Assembly (NCBI GenBank): GCA_049860595.1
Contig: CP187551.1
DNA: 64,000 nt
Reading direction: 5' to 3' (one strand)
DNA from: Methanocaldococcus sp. 16A
GTDB lineage: Archaea; AGJL01; Methanococci; Methanococcales; Methanocaldococcaceae
Below, piece after piece: positions 1 through 10,250 of this stretch (position 1 is the first letter of the stretch; each line of letters begins with the position of its first letter). The notes under the pieces are model-generated. The model had not been told where the DNA came from, made no database searches, and worked only from the letters and a program-made list of their open reading frames with translations. The position numbers were made by a program, and so were the translations under genes.

Positions 1-76
1 TGAAAAGTTAATAAATTATTTAAAGGATAAAATAGAGGTAGAGTTTTTAAAATAACTTTAGGCAAGGTTTATATAT

Positions 77-98
77 TAAGACTTTTGCAGTTTATATA
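77..98. repeat. partial family A palindromic element (single end)
   Basis: TAAGACTTTTGCAGTTTATATA matches the end of family A elements; no clear partner TIR. Confidence 0.55.
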
Positions 99-181
99 AT
101 TACTTTGAAGCTTAGAGGCCTTTAATATATAATCAATAAAATTATTTAATTATTTGAATAAAAATATTTTACGTGATGATT

Positions 182-1606
182 ATGATAACCGTAATAGGTT
201 TTGGTTCTTTTGGTAGAAAAGTTGTAAATTTTATTAAAAATAAAGAACCCATCACAATTATTGACAAAAATATTGATGATGCTGATGATTTAGTAAAAGA
301 GGGAGTTAAGGTGGTTATTGGCGATGCTACTGAAGATGAGATATTAAAAAAAGCAGAAATTGATAAGGCAGATATTGTATTGATATTAACAAACTCTTCA
401 GAGATAAATAGAACAATAGCTGAAAAGGTTTGCAAACTAAGCCCTAACTCATATAAAATAGCAAGAGCTATTCCAGGATATCCTGAGCTATATAGTGGAT
501 TAAATATAGATAAGATAATAAATATCTTAGAAAGTGGAGCTAAAGATATTGCAAAAGAGGTTGAGGATGCAAAATTAAAAAGAAAGTTGATGCAATTAAA
601 GTCTATATTGGTAGAAGGTAAGAAAAAATGCATTGAATTGGAAAAAACTGAGGAAAAGAAATCTCCACTTTTAATAATAACTCATATAAATCCAGACCCG
701 GATGCTATAGCAAGTGCTATGGCTTTGAAAACAATAGCTGAAAAATGGGGAGTTGATGCAGATATAGCTTATGGAGGAAGTATTGGATATGATGAAAACA
801 AAGCAATGGTTAATTTATTAGGAGTTAATCTTCTAAACGTTGAAAAGATAAATCTAAATAATTACTGCGTTATTGCTGTTGTTGATACATCTACATTAAA
901 ACAACTGCCTTTAGAGATACAAAACATTGATATAATTATAGACCACCACAATAACGCTGATTTAACTGCCAAATATATGGATATTAGGCCAGAAGTTGGA
1001 GCTACTGCTTCTATTTTAACACAATATTTAATGGAATTGGAAATAGAGCCGTCAAGAAACTTAGCAACAGCTTTATTCTATGGAATACAATCAGATACTG
1101 ATTACTTTAAAAGAGAAACATCAAAATTAGATTTTGAAGCAGCTGCTTATCTTCAGGGCTATATTGATGCTACTCTCTTAAATATGATAGAAAATCCTGA
1201 AATTTCTACAGAGGTTATGGAAGTTTTAGCAAGGGCAATAATGAACAGAAGAGTAGTTAAAGGAAATATAGCTTTAGCTTATGTTGGAGAAATAAGCAAT
1301 AGAGATGCATTACCAAAAGCAGCTGATTTCTTATTAAAGATGGAAGGAATTTCAACAACATTCGTATTTGGTATTGTTGGAGATGAAATCCACATATCTG
1401 CAAGAACTAAAGATTTAAGACTTAACTTAGGAGAGATATTAAATAAGGCATTTGGTGGAGGAGGGCATCAAACTGCTGCAGCTGCTAAAATTCCTTTAGG
1501 AATATTTAAGGCAGTATCTGATAAGGAGGCTTTGAGAAAATTGGTTGAAGAAGCTATTAGAGCTAAGATATTGGAAGTTATTGGAATAAAAGAAGAAGAA
1601 AAATAA
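182..1606 (+). CDS. TrkA-N (RCK) domain / DHH-DHHA1 phosphoesterase fusion
   Basis: N-terminal GFGSFG Rossmann motif; THINPDPDA, IDHH, SDTD and GGGGH DHH-family motifs; start chosen after GTGAT RBS. Confidence 0.88.
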   Translation: MITVIGFGSFGRKVVNFIKNKEPITIIDKNIDDADDLVKEGVKVVIGDATEDEILKKAEIDKADIVLILTNSSEINRTIAEKVCKLSPNSYKIARAIPGYPELYSGLNIDKIINILESGAKDIAKEVEDAKLKRKLMQLKSILVEGKKKCIELEKTEEKKSPLLIITHINPDPDAIASAMALKTIAEKWGVDADIAYGGSIGYDENKAMVNLLGVNLLNVEKINLNNYCVIAVVDTSTLKQLPLEIQNIDIIIDHHNNADLTAKYMDIRPEVGATASILTQYLMELEIEPSRNLATALFYGIQSDTDYFKRETSKLDFEAAAYLQGYIDATLLNMIENPEISTEVMEVLARAIMNRRVVKGNIALAYVGEISNRDALPKAADFLLKMEGISTTFVFGIVGDEIHISARTKDLRLNLGEILNKAFGGGGHQTAAAAKIPLGIFKAVSDKEALRKLVEEAIRAKILEVIGIKEEEK

Positions 1607-1845
1607 ATATAATTAAATAATAACTTTCTTAAATTTTTATCTCTTCTAAAATCTAAGATACATTAGAGATATATTTTAAAGCAATATCTTCTGCTTATCA
1701 TATACCATCATTATGTGGATTTTTAGAATTTAAATTATGTTTATATTTTACATAAGCAATATTGTTTAGAATTACTCCTATCAGTTAGGAAAATTATTTT
1801 ATCATTATATAAAGTATATAGGCGTTTATCTCAGAATTCATCAAC

Positions 1846-3405
1846 TTATTTATAGAGCTTTTCAGCATACTCCTTAGCCATTCTCTCAGCATCAAAGTAT
1901 TCAACAATATGATTAACGCAGTTACAAGCTTTCATCCACCATCTTTCAGAATCATACATATCAGCAACTTCTTCCAATAAATTGTATATGCAGTTTGCAA
2001 CATAAGTATCATCATCTCTAACCCCATCACCAATTGTAAAGCTATCATCTGGATACATCTTAGCCCATTCTACGTGCCATCCATCTAAAGTACTCATATG
2101 TATGGAAGCGTTCATAGATGCTGTCATTCCAGATGTTCCAGAAGCTTCATGATTTAGTTTTGGAGTGTTAAGCCAAATATCTGAACCCATCTTTAGTAAT
2201 TTACTTAGCTTTAGTTCATAGCCAGTTAGTATAGTAGCTCCTTTCATATCCCGTGTTTTTGATACAATCCAGTTGAATGTTGCTATCATATTGCTATCAT
2301 TAGGATGTGGTTTTCCAGCCCAGATAATTTGTATTTTTTTCTTTTTTAATAACTCAAGTAATCTCATTTCATCATGAAGCAATATATGGGGTCTTTTATA
2401 GGCAGTAAATCTTCTTGCCCAAACAACAGTTAATCTATCTTTTTTAAATATCTTTCCAGTTTGGTCTGCAACCTCTTCAAATAAAATCTCCTTTAACTCC
2501 ATCTTTCTCTCTCTTAGCATATCAATGTCATATTTTTTTGCAGCTTCTCTAATAATAGGGTCTTGCCAATAATATTTATCCTGAGCATTTGTTATTGCTA
2601 CAATCTCACATCTATCTTTAACCCAACTCCACATTCTATCGCAAACTTCTTTATGCTTCTTAGATACAGCATTAGCTCTCTTACAAGTTCTTAAAGCACA
2701 TACAGTATAATTAAATGGATTTCCCCCTAATTTTTCAGCTAATTTTATATCAACATTTCCAAAGAATCCCATAGATTTTAATAAATTAATGTCTTGAGTT
2801 TCATTTCCTTCTGGTAATGGTGTGTGGGTAGTGAAAACAGTATGTTCCCTTGTATATTCAAGCCCATACTCTTCTATTAATTTAAAAACTAATGGAAGAG
2901 GATGAGGCTCGTTCATGTGGAAGAGTTTTACATTTTCACATTCTTTTATGACTTTATATCCTCCAACACCCAAAACAATCTGTTGAGCTATATGAAGTAT
3001 GTTGTTGGCATCATATAGTTTATGAGTTATAGTTCTTGAGAAACCGTCATTTTCTGGAATATCAGTTGTTAAGAAATAGATTGGACATGTTCCAAAAACA
3101 TCCTCTTCTAATTTATAAGCTTTAACCCAAACAGTGTTGTTGTTTATTGTAACTGGAACTTTTAAATTAATGTCTTCCAAAAAATCATAATATTTTCTTA
3201 TATATTCAACTTTCATCTTTCCCTCACAATCTCTAACTTGGTCATAATACCCATAACTCCATAATATTGATACTCCTACAAGTGGTTGATTCAATCTCTT
3301 AGCCGCTCTAAAATGTGAGCCAGCTAAAAATCCCAATCCTCCAGCATAGGTTTTTAGAGGTTGGTGAATTGCAAATTCCATACAAAAATAAGCTGTTGGT
3401 TTCAT
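1846..3405 (-). CDS. glgP: alpha-glucan (glycogen) phosphorylase
   Basis: YAGGLGFLAG, HMNEPH, ARRFTAYKR and EASGTSGM motifs. Confidence 0.93.
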   Translation of the reverse strand: MKPTAYFCMEFAIHQPLKTYAGGLGFLAGSHFRAAKRLNQPLVGVSILWSYGYYDQVRDCEGKMKVEYIRKYYDFLEDINLKVPVTINNNTVWVKAYKLEEDVFGTCPIYFLTTDIPENDGFSRTITHKLYDANNILHIAQQIVLGVGGYKVIKECENVKLFHMNEPHPLPLVFKLIEEYGLEYTREHTVFTTHTPLPEGNETQDINLLKSMGFFGNVDIKLAEKLGGNPFNYTVCALRTCKRANAVSKKHKEVCDRMWSWVKDRCEIVAITNAQDKYYWQDPIIREAAKKYDIDMLRERKMELKEILFEEVADQTGKIFKKDRLTVVWARRFTAYKRPHILLHDEMRLLELLKKKKIQIIWAGKPHPNDSNMIATFNWIVSKTRDMKGATILTGYELKLSKLLKMGSDIWLNTPKLNHEASGTSGMTASMNASIHMSTLDGWHVEWAKMYPDDSFTIGDGVRDDDTYVANCIYNLLEEVADMYDSERWWMKACNCVNHIVEYFDAERMAKEYAEKLYK

Positions 3406-3458
3406 AACTATCCCATTTTTATATTTCCTTCATCTTGTTTATTGTTTCATCTTAAATT

Positions 3459-3567
3459 TATAGTTTTGTGCAAAATAAAAATTTACTTCTCTGAAAATAA
3501 CCATCTATTTATTTTTAATGAATTTAATATTAAAAATATTTAAATCATTTTTAGCAAATATCTTATA
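3459..3567. repeat. family B palindromic element, degenerate right end
   Basis: TATAGTTTTGTGCAAAATAAAA identical to the start of the 7060 element; right end decayed. Confidence 0.6.
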
Positions 3568-3638
3568 CCTAAAAAGATGTTATAGATAATTGAGATGATG
3601 ATTATCAATTTTTAAAAATATTTAATTACGTGATTATT

Positions 3639-6600
3639 ATGGTTCATGTTGCATGCTCTGAAAACATGAAAAAATATTTTGAAAACATTGTTAGTGAAGT
3701 CCAAAAACTTTATAAAATAGCTGAAGAGTGTAGAAAAAAGGGATTTGACCCTGTAGATGAAGTTGAAATTCCTTTAGCTGCTGATATGGCTGATAGGGTT
3801 GAGGGATTGGTAGGACCTAAAGGTGTGGCTGAGAGAATTAGGGAGTTGGTTAAAGAGTTAGGTAAAGAGCCAGCAGCCTTGGAGATAGCTAAAGAAATTG
3901 TAGAAGGAAAATTTGGAGATTTTGATAAAGAAAAGAAAGCTGAACAGGCAGTTAGAACTGCATTGGCCGTATTAACTGAAGGGATTGTTGCTGCACCATT
4001 AGAAGGAATTGCAGATGTTAAAATAAAGAAAAACCCTGATGGGACTGAATATTTAGCTATTTATTATGCAGGACCTATAAGAAGTGCTGGTGGAACAGCT
4101 CAAGCATTATCTGTTTTAGTTGGAGATTTTGTTAGAAAGGCTATGGGATTGGATAGATATAAGCCAACAGAGGATGAGATTGAGAGATATGTTGAAGAAG
4201 TTGAGTTATATCAATCAGAAGTTGGGAGCTTCCAATACAACCCAACAGCTGATGAGATTAGAACAGCCATAAGAAATATACCAATTGAGATTACTGGAGA
4301 AGCTACTGATGATGTTGAAGTTTCTGGACATAGAGATTTGCCAAGAGTAGAGACAAACCAACTAAGGGGAGGGGCATTATTAGTTTTGGTTGAGGGGGTT
4401 TTGTTAAAGGCTCCAAAAATATTGAGGCACGTTGATAAGTTAGGCATTGAAGGATGGGATTGGCTTAAAGATTTAATGAGTAAAAAAGAAGAAAAAGAAG
4501 AAGAAAAGGAAGATGAAGAAGAAAATATAGAGGAAGATAGTGAGGAAGAGGAGATATGTGGATACTGGAGAGATGTTAAAATAGAAGCAAACAAAAAGTT
4601 TATAAGTGAAGTTATTGCTGGAAGACCAGTATTTGCCCATCCATCAAAGGTTGGAGGGTTTAGATTAAGATATGGAAGAAGCAGAAACACAGGTTTTGCA
4701 ACTCAAGGATTTCATCCAGCTTTGATGTATTTGGTAGATGAATTCATGGCGGTTGGAACTCAGTTAAAGACAGAAAGACCTGGAAAGGCAACATGTGTAG
4801 TTCCAGTTGATAGCATTGAGCCACCAATTGTTAAGCTAAAAAATGGAGACGTTATTAGGGTTGATACAATAGAGAAAGCTATAGAGGTTAGAGATAGAGT
4901 TGAGGAAATTTTATTCTTAGGAGATGTTTTAGTTAATTATGGGGATTTCTTAGAGAATAACCATCCTTTATTGCCAAGCTGTTGGTGTGAAGAGTGGTAT
5001 GAGAAAATATTGATAGCTAATAATATAGAGTATGATAAAGATTTTATAAAAAATCCAAAGCCAGAAGAGGCTGTTAAATTTGCTTTAAAAACAAAAACTC
5101 CTCTACATCCAAGATTTACATACCATTGGCATGATGTTGGCAAGGAAGATATAATCTTATTAAGAAATTGGCTGTTAAAAGGGAAAGAAGATAATTTTGA
5201 AGGAAAGAATGTTTGGATTGTTGATTTGGAGACAGAAGAAGATAAAAAAGCAAAGAGAATTTTAGAGTTAATTGGATGCTGTCATTTGGTTAGGGGCAAA
5301 AATGTTATAATTGAGGAGTATTATCCTTTACTTTACTCATTAGGCTTTGATGTTGAAAATAAAAAGGATTTAATTGAGAATATAGATGAATTTTTAAAAT
5401 CAGCCAAGAATAGCATGCATCTCATTAACTTATTAGCTCCATTTGAAGTTAGAAGAAACACCTATGTATATGTTGGAGCAAGGATGGGAAGACCTGAGAA
5501 AGCTGCTCCAAGAAAGATGAAACCTCCAGTTAATGGTCTCTTTCCTATAGGAAATGCAGGAGGGCAAGTTAGATTGATAAATAAGGCTGTTGAAGAAAAC
5601 AATACAGATGATATTGAAGTTTCTTACACAAAATGTCCAAATTGTGGAAGAATCTCTTTATATAGAGTTTGTCCATTCTGTGGAAATAAAGTTGAATTAG
5701 ATGAATTTGGAAAAATTAAGGCTCCATTAAAAGATTATTGGTATTCTGCTCTAAAAAGATTGGGAATAAATAAGCCAGGAGATGTTAAGTGCATTAAAGG
5801 GATGACATCAAAGCAGAAAATTGTTGAACCTTTAGAAAAAGCCATATTAAGGGCTATGAATGAAGTTTATGTCTTTAAAGATGGAACATCAAGGTTTGAC
5901 TGTACAGATGTTCCAATAACCCATTTTAAGCCAAACGAGATAAATGTCAGTGTTGAAAAATTGAGAGAGCTTGGTTATGATAAAGACATTTATGGTAATG
6001 AGTTAGTTGATGGAGAGCAGGTCGTTGAGTTGAAACCTCAAGATGTAATTATTCCAGAGAGTTGTGTAGAGTATTTTGTCAGAGTAGCTAATTTTATAGA
6101 TGACTTGTTAGAGAAGTTTTACAATATGGAGAGATTTTACAATGTAAAAAAGAAAGAAGATTTAATTGGACACTTAGTTATTGGTATGGCTCCACATACA
6201 TCAGCAGGAATGGTTGGGAGAATTATTGGCTATACTAAAGCAAATGTAGGTTATGCACATCCATATTTCCACGCTGCTAAGAGAAGAAATTGTGACGGCG
6301 ACGAAGATGCCTTCTTTTTGCTTTTAGACGCATTTTTGAACTTTTCTAAGAAATTCCTGCCAGATAAAAGAGGAGGGCAAATGGACGCTCCATTAGTATT
6401 AACAACCATATTGGACCCAAAGGAAGTGGATGGAGAAGTTCATAATATGGATGTTGTTTGGAGTTATCCAATAGAGTTTTATGAAAAAACATTGGAGATG
6501 CCTTCACCTAAGGAGGTTAAAGAATTAATAGAAACAGTAGAGGATAGATTAGGAAAAGTTGAGCAGTATGAAGGATTAGGCTATACTCATGAAACAAGTA

Positions 6601-7052
6601 GAATTGATTTAGGACCAAAAGTTTGTGCTTATAAAACCTTAGGTTCAATGCTTGAAAAAACAAACTCTCAACTTTCAGTAGCTAAAAAGATTAGAGCTAC
6701 AGACGAGAGGGATGTTGCTGAGAAAGTTATACAATCTCACTTCATCCCAGATTTGATTGGAAATTTAAGAGCTTTCTCAAGACAAGCTGTGAGATGTAAA
6801 TGTGGAGCTAAGTATAGAAGAATCCCATTAAAAGGTGTTTGTCCAAAGTGTGGCTCTAAGTTGATATTAACTGTCTCAAAGGGAGCTGTTGAAAAGTATA
6901 TGGACGTTGCAGAGAGGATGGCTGAGGAATACAATGTAAATAATTATATAAAACAAAGATTAAAAATTATTAGAGAGGGAATAAATTCAATATTTGAAAA
7001 TGATAAAAGTAAGCAAGTTAAATTAAGTGATTTCTTTAAAATGACTTCTTAA
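3639..7052 (+). CDS. polC: DNA polymerase D (Pol II) large subunit DP2, intein-free
   Basis: [22 protein letters not shown], catalytic [12 protein letters not shown], Zn-finger Cys clusters. Confidence 0.97.
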   Translation: MVHVACSENMKKYFENIVSEVQKLYKIAEECRKKGFDPVDEVEIPLAADMADRVEGLVGPKGVAERIRELVKELGKEPAALEIAKEIVEGKFGDFDKEKKAEQAVRTALAVLTEGIVAAPLEGIADVKIKKNPDGTEYLAIYYAGPIRSAGGTAQALSVLVGDFVRKAMGLDRYKPTEDEIERYVEEVELYQSEVGSFQYNPTADEIRTAIRNIPIEITGEATDDVEVSGHRDLPRVETNQLRGGALLVLVEGVLLKAPKILRHVDKLGIEGWDWLKDLMSKKEEKEEEKEDEEENIEEDSEEEEICGYWRDVKIEANKKFISEVIAGRPVFAHPSKVGGFRLRYGRSRNTGFATQGFHPALMYLVDEFMAVGTQLKTERPGKATCVVPVDSIEPPIVKLKNGDVIRVDTIEKAIEVRDRVEEILFLGDVLVNYGDFLENNHPLLPSCWCEEWYEKILIANNIEYDKDFIKNPKPEEAVKFALKTKTPLHPRFTYHWHDVGKEDIILLRNWLLKGKEDNFEGKNVWIVDLETEEDKKAKRILELIGCCHLVRGKNVIIEEYYPLLYSLGFDVENKKDLIENIDEFLKSAKNSMHLINLLAPFEVRRNTYVYVGARMGRPEKAAPRKMKPPVNGLFPIGNAGGQVRLINKAVEENNTDDIEVSYTKCPNCGRISLYRVCPFCGNKVELDEFGKIKAPLKDYWYSALKRLGINKPGDVKCIKGMTSKQKIVEPLEKAILRAMNEVYVFKDGTSRFDCTDVPITHFKPNEINVSVEKLRELGYDKDIYGNELVDGEQVVELKPQDVIIPESCVEYFVRVANFIDDLLEKFYNMERFYNVKKKEDLIGHLVIGMAPHTSAGMVGRIIGYTKANVGYAHPYFHAAKRRNCDGDEDAFFLLLDAFLNFSKKFLPDKRGGQMDAPLVLTTILDPKEVDGEVHNMDVVWSYPIEFYEKTLEMPSPKEVKELIETVEDRLGKVEQYEGLGYTHETSRIDLGPKVCAYKTLGSMLEKTNSQLSVAKKIRATDERDVAEKVIQSHFIPDLIGNLRAFSRQAVRCKCGAKYRRIPLKGVCPKCGSKLILTVSKGAVEKYMDVAERMAEEYNVNNYIKQRLKIIREGINSIFENDKSKQVKLSDFFKMTS

Positions 7053-7059
7053 AAAATTT

Positions 7060-7172
7060 TATAGTTTTGTGCAAAATAAAATAAACTTTAAAAAGGAAAA
7101 TTTGGATGTCTTCCTTTTGGAAAACATTTATTAATGTCTTATTCATTATAAATCCTTTTGCACAAAACTGTA
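7060..7172. mobile_element. family B MITE-like palindromic element
   Basis: 17-bp TIRs TATAGTTTTGTGCAAAA / TTTTGCACAAAACTGTA (1 mismatch); internal AAAAGGAA...TTCCTTTT inverted repeat. Confidence 0.75.
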
Positions 7173-7186
7173 TTTTGGGGATTATT

Positions 7187-8065
7187 ATGGAAGTTATTCC
7201 ATTAGCATCTGAAAGCTTAGGAGTTAGGTCATTGGCAACCTATGTTAAAACAAAGGATGTTGGGGTTTTGATAGACCCTGGTGTAGCCTTAGCTCCAGAT
7301 AGATATGGTTTAAAACCAAATGATGTAGAATTTGAGAAATTGAAAGAACTGAGAAATAAAATCAACGAATATGCAAAAAAGTGTGATATTATAACTATCT
7401 CTCATTATCATTACGACCATTATACACCATTTTTTGATGACATATACTTAGAGTCAAAGGATTATGCTAAAGAACTATACAAGGACAAAATATTACTAAT
7501 AAAGCACCCAACTGAATTTATAAATAAAAGTCAGATGGAGAGAGCAAAAAAATTTTTGGAAAGTGCTAAAGATATTGCAAAAAAGATAGAATTTGCAGAC
7601 AACAAAACATTTAAATTTGGAAAGACAGAGATAAAATTTTCCCCACCATTCCCACATGGGAGAGATGACAAGTTAGGATATGTTTTAATAACAACAATTA
7701 AAGAGGGCAATTTTAAGTTTATGCACACTTCAGACACTCAAGGAGTATTATTTGATGATATTAGGGATTATATAATTAAAGAAAAGCCAAACCTAATACT
7801 TATAGGAGGGCCTCCTACATATTTAATGCATAGATACGGAAAAAAGAACTTAGAAAAAACCAATGAAAATTTAAAATGTATAGTAGAAAATACTGGAGCT
7901 GAGATTATAATTGACCATCACTTATTAAGAGATAAAAAGTTTAGAGAAAAAATAAATGTTGATTTCAAAACAGTTGCTGAATTTTTAGGAGAAAAGAATA
8001 TGTTATTGGAAGCTTATAGAAAAGATATTAAACAGGGTAAATGTTTAGAGGAATTATTTAAATAA
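7187..8065 (+). CDS. UPF0282 family MBL-fold metallo-hydrolase
   Basis: ESLGVRS, DPGVALAP, SHYHYDH, DHHLLRD; start placed after GGGGAT RBS, downstream of the repeat. Confidence 0.88.
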   Translation: MEVIPLASESLGVRSLATYVKTKDVGVLIDPGVALAPDRYGLKPNDVEFEKLKELRNKINEYAKKCDIITISHYHYDHYTPFFDDIYLESKDYAKELYKDKILLIKHPTEFINKSQMERAKKFLESAKDIAKKIEFADNKTFKFGKTEIKFSPPFPHGRDDKLGYVLITTIKEGNFKFMHTSDTQGVLFDDIRDYIIKEKPNLILIGGPPTYLMHRYGKKNLEKTNENLKCIVENTGAEIIIDHHLLRDKKFREKINVDFKTVAEFLGEKNMLLEAYRKDIKQGKCLEELFK

Positions 8066-8098
8066 TTCATAAAATATATAAAATTTTGAAGAAATAAA

Positions 8099-8165
8099 GC
8101 CTCAATGATGAAAGTTACCCCCACCGACCTTTTTGGGATGAAGAAATCGGCACTGGCTGAGAGGC
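8099..8165 (+). ncRNA. C/D-box 2'-O-methylation guide sRNA
   Basis: Terminal stem GCCTC/GAGGC; C box ATGATGA 8105-8111; D' CCGA 8124-8127; C' GGGATGA 8135-8141; D CTGA 8157-8160; guides complementary to conserved 23S rRNA motifs. Confidence 0.93.
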
Positions 8166-8202
8166 ATTATTTAGTCTATATTAATTCTATTAAGTGATTT
8201 TT

Positions 8203-9546
8203 ATGTTTGTAGATGAGATTATAAACAATTTAAAAGAAAATGAATTCCTAAATACGTCTCTTTTAACTAAAAGTAATAAAAATAGATTATACTATGCTGT
8301 AAAACAGCCAGATGGAAATATAAAGGTTGTTTTGCCTTTTATTTTTGAAAATAAAAATTTTTTAAAACTTTCTGAATATGGAGATGGAATAGAAGGAGCT
8401 ACACAGAGGGTTATTGAAGAAATAAAAAAAGAAATAATTAATAAAAAGAGATTTTTGCCATTGGCAGGATATTTTGGTAGGATATATAAAGCTTTGTATG
8501 AACCATTAACTGTTGTGAATTGTGATTTAAATTTAGGGTATGATTTGTGGAGAGCTGACAAATACAACTATATTAAAGGAGATAAGATATATCTAATGCT
8601 CAGAATGATTTTTAAAGAAAAAGATGCTAAAGAAATTGCTAAACAAATCAATGAGCTTTGTAATAACTTAGATAAATTTATTAAAAACATTTCAATTGAT
8701 TTATTAATTGATGAAGCTAAAAATATAATAAATCAAAAATATCTTAGGGATAAATTGGATGAACTTGGTTTAGTTTGCTTTATTGCAAATAATTCAAAGC
8801 CAGCAAGAAAATATACTGATGTTAGAAGGCATTACAGAATAGCAGGACCTAAGGAAGTGAATATTCCATTTGAATGCCCAGAAGAACTTGAGCCAATGGA
8901 GATAGAGCTTAAATATGGTAAGAAAGTTAAAGGATTGGGTATAAAAAAGAAAGAAATATTTATAATCACTGGAAGAAATGCTCAAGGAAAAACAACTCTT
9001 TTGCAGGCAATAGATAGTGGTAGGGATGACCACTTAATTGGAGATGGGAGAGAGTTTATTATAACTACTAAAAGCTTATCTAAAGCATCAACAGGGAGTA
9101 TGGAAATGAGTGGGCAAGATATAAGCATATTTTTCCAAAAACTACCTCCTGGGATTAAAGGAACACCAAAAGCTGTTTATGGAACTGCCTCAGGCTCAAT
9201 GTATATGGCTTATCAAATACAAAGGTCTATAAAAAATAAAACTAAGCTTATTTTAATAGATGAAGACAACTCAGCTGTAAATTTGTTAGTTAGTGGAGTT
9301 TTAAGTAAGTGGTTTGAAGGTGTTAAGTCATTGTCTGAAATAATTATAGAAAATAGGGAAAAACTAGGAGATAGCTCATTTATTATAGTAACAAGTTCTT
9401 TGGATTTATTAACTGCTTTGGGGGATAGAGCCATTTACTTAGAAAACCACAAAGCCAAATATCTTGATTTAAATTATTTTAGAGAAGAACTTGGAAAGTA
9501 TTATTTAGAGTTAGCATCTAAGTTCTATAGAAAATTTTCTAAATAG
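8203..9546 (+). CDS. ABC-class-like P-loop ATPase (ABC_ATPase family), function unknown
   Basis: Walker A GRNAQGKTT, HLIGDGRE, ASGS, Walker B LILIDED. Confidence 0.8.
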   Translation: MFVDEIINNLKENEFLNTSLLTKSNKNRLYYAVKQPDGNIKVVLPFIFENKNFLKLSEYGDGIEGATQRVIEEIKKEIINKKRFLPLAGYFGRIYKALYEPLTVVNCDLNLGYDLWRADKYNYIKGDKIYLMLRMIFKEKDAKEIAKQINELCNNLDKFIKNISIDLLIDEAKNIINQKYLRDKLDELGLVCFIANNSKPARKYTDVRRHYRIAGPKEVNIPFECPEELEPMEIELKYGKKVKGLGIKKKEIFIITGRNAQGKTTLLQAIDSGRDDHLIGDGREFIITTKSLSKASTGSMEMSGQDISIFFQKLPPGIKGTPKAVYGTASGSMYMAYQIQRSIKNKTKLILIDEDNSAVNLLVSGVLSKWFEGVKSLSEIIIENREKLGDSSFIIVTSSLDLLTALGDRAIYLENHKAKYLDLNYFREELGKYYLELASKFYRKFSK

Positions 9547-9629
9547 TAATATTTATTTTATTGACAGAAACACATTTATTTTAGGACTGGATATTAAAGA
9601 TTGTCATATTAATTATAATTGGGATAATC

Positions 9630-10085
9630 ATGAGTAAAGAGAGTAAAATAACCTTAATTGGTAGCAAATTAGCAAAGACTGGAGGAGAATTTATGTACTT
9701 AGGCGAGATTGAAGAATGTAACAACTGCAAGTTTAAAAGATTATGCCATGGAAATTTGGAAGCTGGGAGGAAATACAAAATAATTTCAGTTAGGTCAGCA
9801 AACCATCCTTGTATGGTTCATGAGGGAGGAGTTAAAGTAGTTGAGGTAGTTTTAGCTGATTTAACAATTATGATTGAGTCAAAAAAGGCTCTTGAAGGAG
9901 TTGTTTTAAACCACGAACCAATAACCTGTGAGAATTTTGATTGTGAATATTACAACTTTTGCAATCCTGAGGGCATAAAAGAAGGAGAAAAATTCAAAAT
10001 AAAACAGATTTTAAATGAAAAAATAAACTGTCCAAATGGAAAATCATTAAAAAAGGCCGTAGTTGAGCTTGTTGAAGATAAATAA
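9630..10085 (+). CDS. UPF0179 family Cys-rich protein
   Basis: ITLIG start, [20 protein letters not shown]. Confidence 0.85.
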   Translation: MSKESKITLIGSKLAKTGGEFMYLGEIEECNNCKFKRLCHGNLEAGRKYKIISVRSANHPCMVHEGGVKVVEVVLADLTIMIESKKALEGVVLNHEPITCENFDCEYYNFCNPEGIKEGEKFKIKQILNEKINCPNGKSLKKAVVELVEDK

Positions 10086-10250
10086 TTATTTTATATACTT
10101 TTTATATTCAGATATTTATTTTTTAGTATGAAACTTATGACAGAGAATAATCTATTTTAATTATGACAACATAATTCTAAAGTACAAAAATGGCTAAATA
10201 ATGCATTTTAAAATATAAAGAATTAAATAATACTATATTGGTGATAAAAT

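Noticed and set aside
3361-3543. 60-aa ORF before polC
   Set aside because: Overlaps the glgP start and a family B repeat
4481-4552. Purine-rich GAA/GAG low-complexity tract
   Set aside because: Encodes the ordinary acidic linker of DP2
6279-6308. Known intein insertion site of DP2 (RRN/CDGDED)
   Set aside because: Site is uninterrupted; no intein present
7106-7186. N-terminal extension of the UPF0282 ORF
   Set aside because: Derived from the repeat element; RBS supports ATG 7187
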